A stretch of DNA of 43,257 bases from Collodictyon triciliatum. Lineage: Eukaryota. The notes under the pieces are model-generated. The model made no database searches and was not told where the DNA came from. It saw only the letters and a program-made list of their open reading frames with translations. The translations under genes were made by a program, and so were the position numbers. Of the stretch, positions 41,611 to 43,257 are shown piece after piece (within the stretch, counting starts at the first letter, position 1; the number at the start of each line of letters is the position of its first letter). The stretch covers positions 1-43,257 of the forward strand of contig JBHJMP010000592.1 in NCBI GenBank assembly GCA_043381765.1. Direction: 5' to 3'.

Positions 41611-41957
41611 TTTGTGCTATGTTACGTGTATCAAAATGCACAGGATGAACCTTAACTTAAATATCCCTATGTTACTTGGTTGATCAAAGGTCGTCTTCTG
41701 TATTTTGGGCACCGATATGACGAAACATTTTGAACATATGGGGAAGTTGAAGAACATCCTGGATACTGTTGGATTCAACAGAGAAAAGTTTGTTCACAAA
41801 CTGCAAACACTTCTTTCATTCTTTTTTTCTTTTTCATTTTTTTCCTTTTTTTCTTTTTTTTTTTTTTTCTTTTTTTCTTTTTTTCTTTTTTTTCTTTTTT
41901 CTTTTTTTCTTTTTTTCTTTTTTTCTTTTTTTTCTTTTTTTCTTTTTTTCTTTTTTT

Positions 41958-42040
<83 letters not shown>

Positions 42041-42860
42041 CTTTTTTTCTTTTTTTTCTTTTTTTCTTTTTCTTTTTCTTTTTCTCCAATCTGAATGCTA
42101 TTTTATCGTTTGGACACTTCTATTCCATGCAAGAAAAAAAAACCCTAAAAAAAAAAACTCATAGATTAGATGACCGCATATTCTTGGGCTCTTTGATTGT
42201 TCATTTGGCTGATATCGGCAACGTTATTCGCCCTTTTGTAATTTCTCAAAAATGGGGTTTGCGCGTTGTGGCCGAATTTCTCATCCAGGTTTGATGCGCA
42301 TAAAATACTATGGAAATCATAAATGTATATTAGCTCAATCATGCATTTCGTAGCATAAAATTAATAACAGCTGTAATCATCACGTGTAATAGGGAGATCA
42401 AGAGAGAGACCAGAGCATGCAAATATCTCCGTTCATGGATAGGTTCGACATCGATGCCGCAAAAATGTCACTGAACTTTATCACGTTTGTTGTTAGTCCC
42501 TTCATGGATGTTCTTGCACGAGTGGTTCCAGAGTATATAGGTTGGTTCCCATTACAATACCCTTCTCACTTTCTCGTATTTTCATGTCTCCTTTTTTTTT
42601 CTAATTGCTCTTATAAATTGTCACTTTTTGTATTCTTTCCTTCTATTCTTCTTTTTATTGTTCATTTTTTTATCTTTATTTAGAACCAATAGAGCACCTA
42701 AAGAATAACGCAGAGAATTGGAGGAAGCTTCAGGCGGATGGGAAGTTCTTATCTCCTCTATATTTTCCAGTGAGTAATGAAAAATATATGTGAATGCCTT
42801 CTTTTTTTTTCGGTTCATTTTCCAAAGAACATGGCTTTGTATGGAACTGTAGGAACATGA
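37765..42860 (+). CDS. Class I cyclic nucleotide phosphodiesterase with an N-terminal degenerate receiver (REC) domain, RegA/PDE8-like architecture; many exons, last exon tentative
   Basis: NPYHNFQ|HAVDV, AAICHDLDHPGVNN, LYNDQ|SILENHH, LGTDM, HLADIGN, W.LRV..EFLIQ|GD, PFMDR. N-terminal IMAVILWE..DSLTLIRTIRS..LPFIVIL..VEDILIEPLNPKMLKVAV follows the receiver fold pattern. Confidence 0.92.
38312..38411. other. Assembly gap (100 N) inside a PDE intron
   Basis: Run of n flanked by poly-T and a minisatellite. Confidence 1.
38412..38511. repeat. 11-bp minisatellite (TCTTATTCTTT)n, intronic
   Basis: Directly visible tandem units. Confidence 0.92.
41512..41613. repeat. (TTTA)n microsatellite, intronic
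   Basis: Directly visible. Confidence 0.95.
41812..42085. repeat. T-rich low-complexity / poly-T tract, intronic
   Basis: Directly visible; source of poly-F/poly-K artefact ORFs. Confidence 0.95.
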
Positions 42861-43184
42861 TGCCAAGAAAATGGGTCTATTTACATCAAAGACTTGGGAC
42901 ACCACCCTGCCTAATAAAAAAGTGAGTTGCTAAGCATACATTTGATTCGCTTTGAGATGTTCAAGTTTTCGAGCAAATATGCACATGTATTTTTTGATAT
43001 CGGACTGATATTCATCGATTAGATGAGTGGCTCTGCAAAGTCAGCGCCGTTCTGGAAAAGCTCGAAAGAAGAGCAGAAGGAGGAGCAGGAATTATCGGAA
43101 CCAAAGACAACCAGTAAGAATTAAAAAAAAAAAAGAAACGAGTGTATCACACAAATCACATTGAAAGGCAGAGCTGTATAAGCT

Positions 43185-43185
<1 letters not shown>

Positions 43186-43257
<72 letters not shown>
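43186..43257. repeat. Poly-T tract at window end
   Basis: Directly visible. Confidence 0.95.

Overview
Intron-rich eukaryotic nuclear DNA, probably from a protist (lineage not determinable here). It uses the standard genetic code, has short GT-AG introns (about 65-400 nt) and contains two assembly gaps. Splicing by hand gives ten genes: the 3' end of a PP2A B55 subunit, a 29-exon LRR-Roc-COR-PH (Roco) gene, SANBR/KIAA1841, a TTLL tubulin ligase, a Rab5/21/22-clade GTPase, a multi-TM class I phosphodiesterase, two tandem NT-C2 (EEIG1/EHBP1-type) paralogs, the prenyltransferase alpha subunit FNTA, and a RegA-like receiver-PDE. The most striking locus is the Roco gene, which the ORF track largely misses. 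Its ligand-binding region is a cassette array of 22 exons of exactly 69 nt, each encoding one 23-aa LRR, and all 28 introns are phase 0. It also carries two homologous 180-nt 'island' exons, a Roc domain lacking the G2 Thr and G3 Gly, and a C-terminal PH domain with no kinase. This architecture would permit combinatorial receptor diversification by exon skipping or shuffling. Other oddities are a pseudo-receiver PDE lacking the invariant Gln, very relaxed splice signals (poly-A/AAG acceptors), a 13-nt microexon, and a C-terminal motif shared by the NT-C2 pair. All exon boundaries are manual inferences without transcript data.
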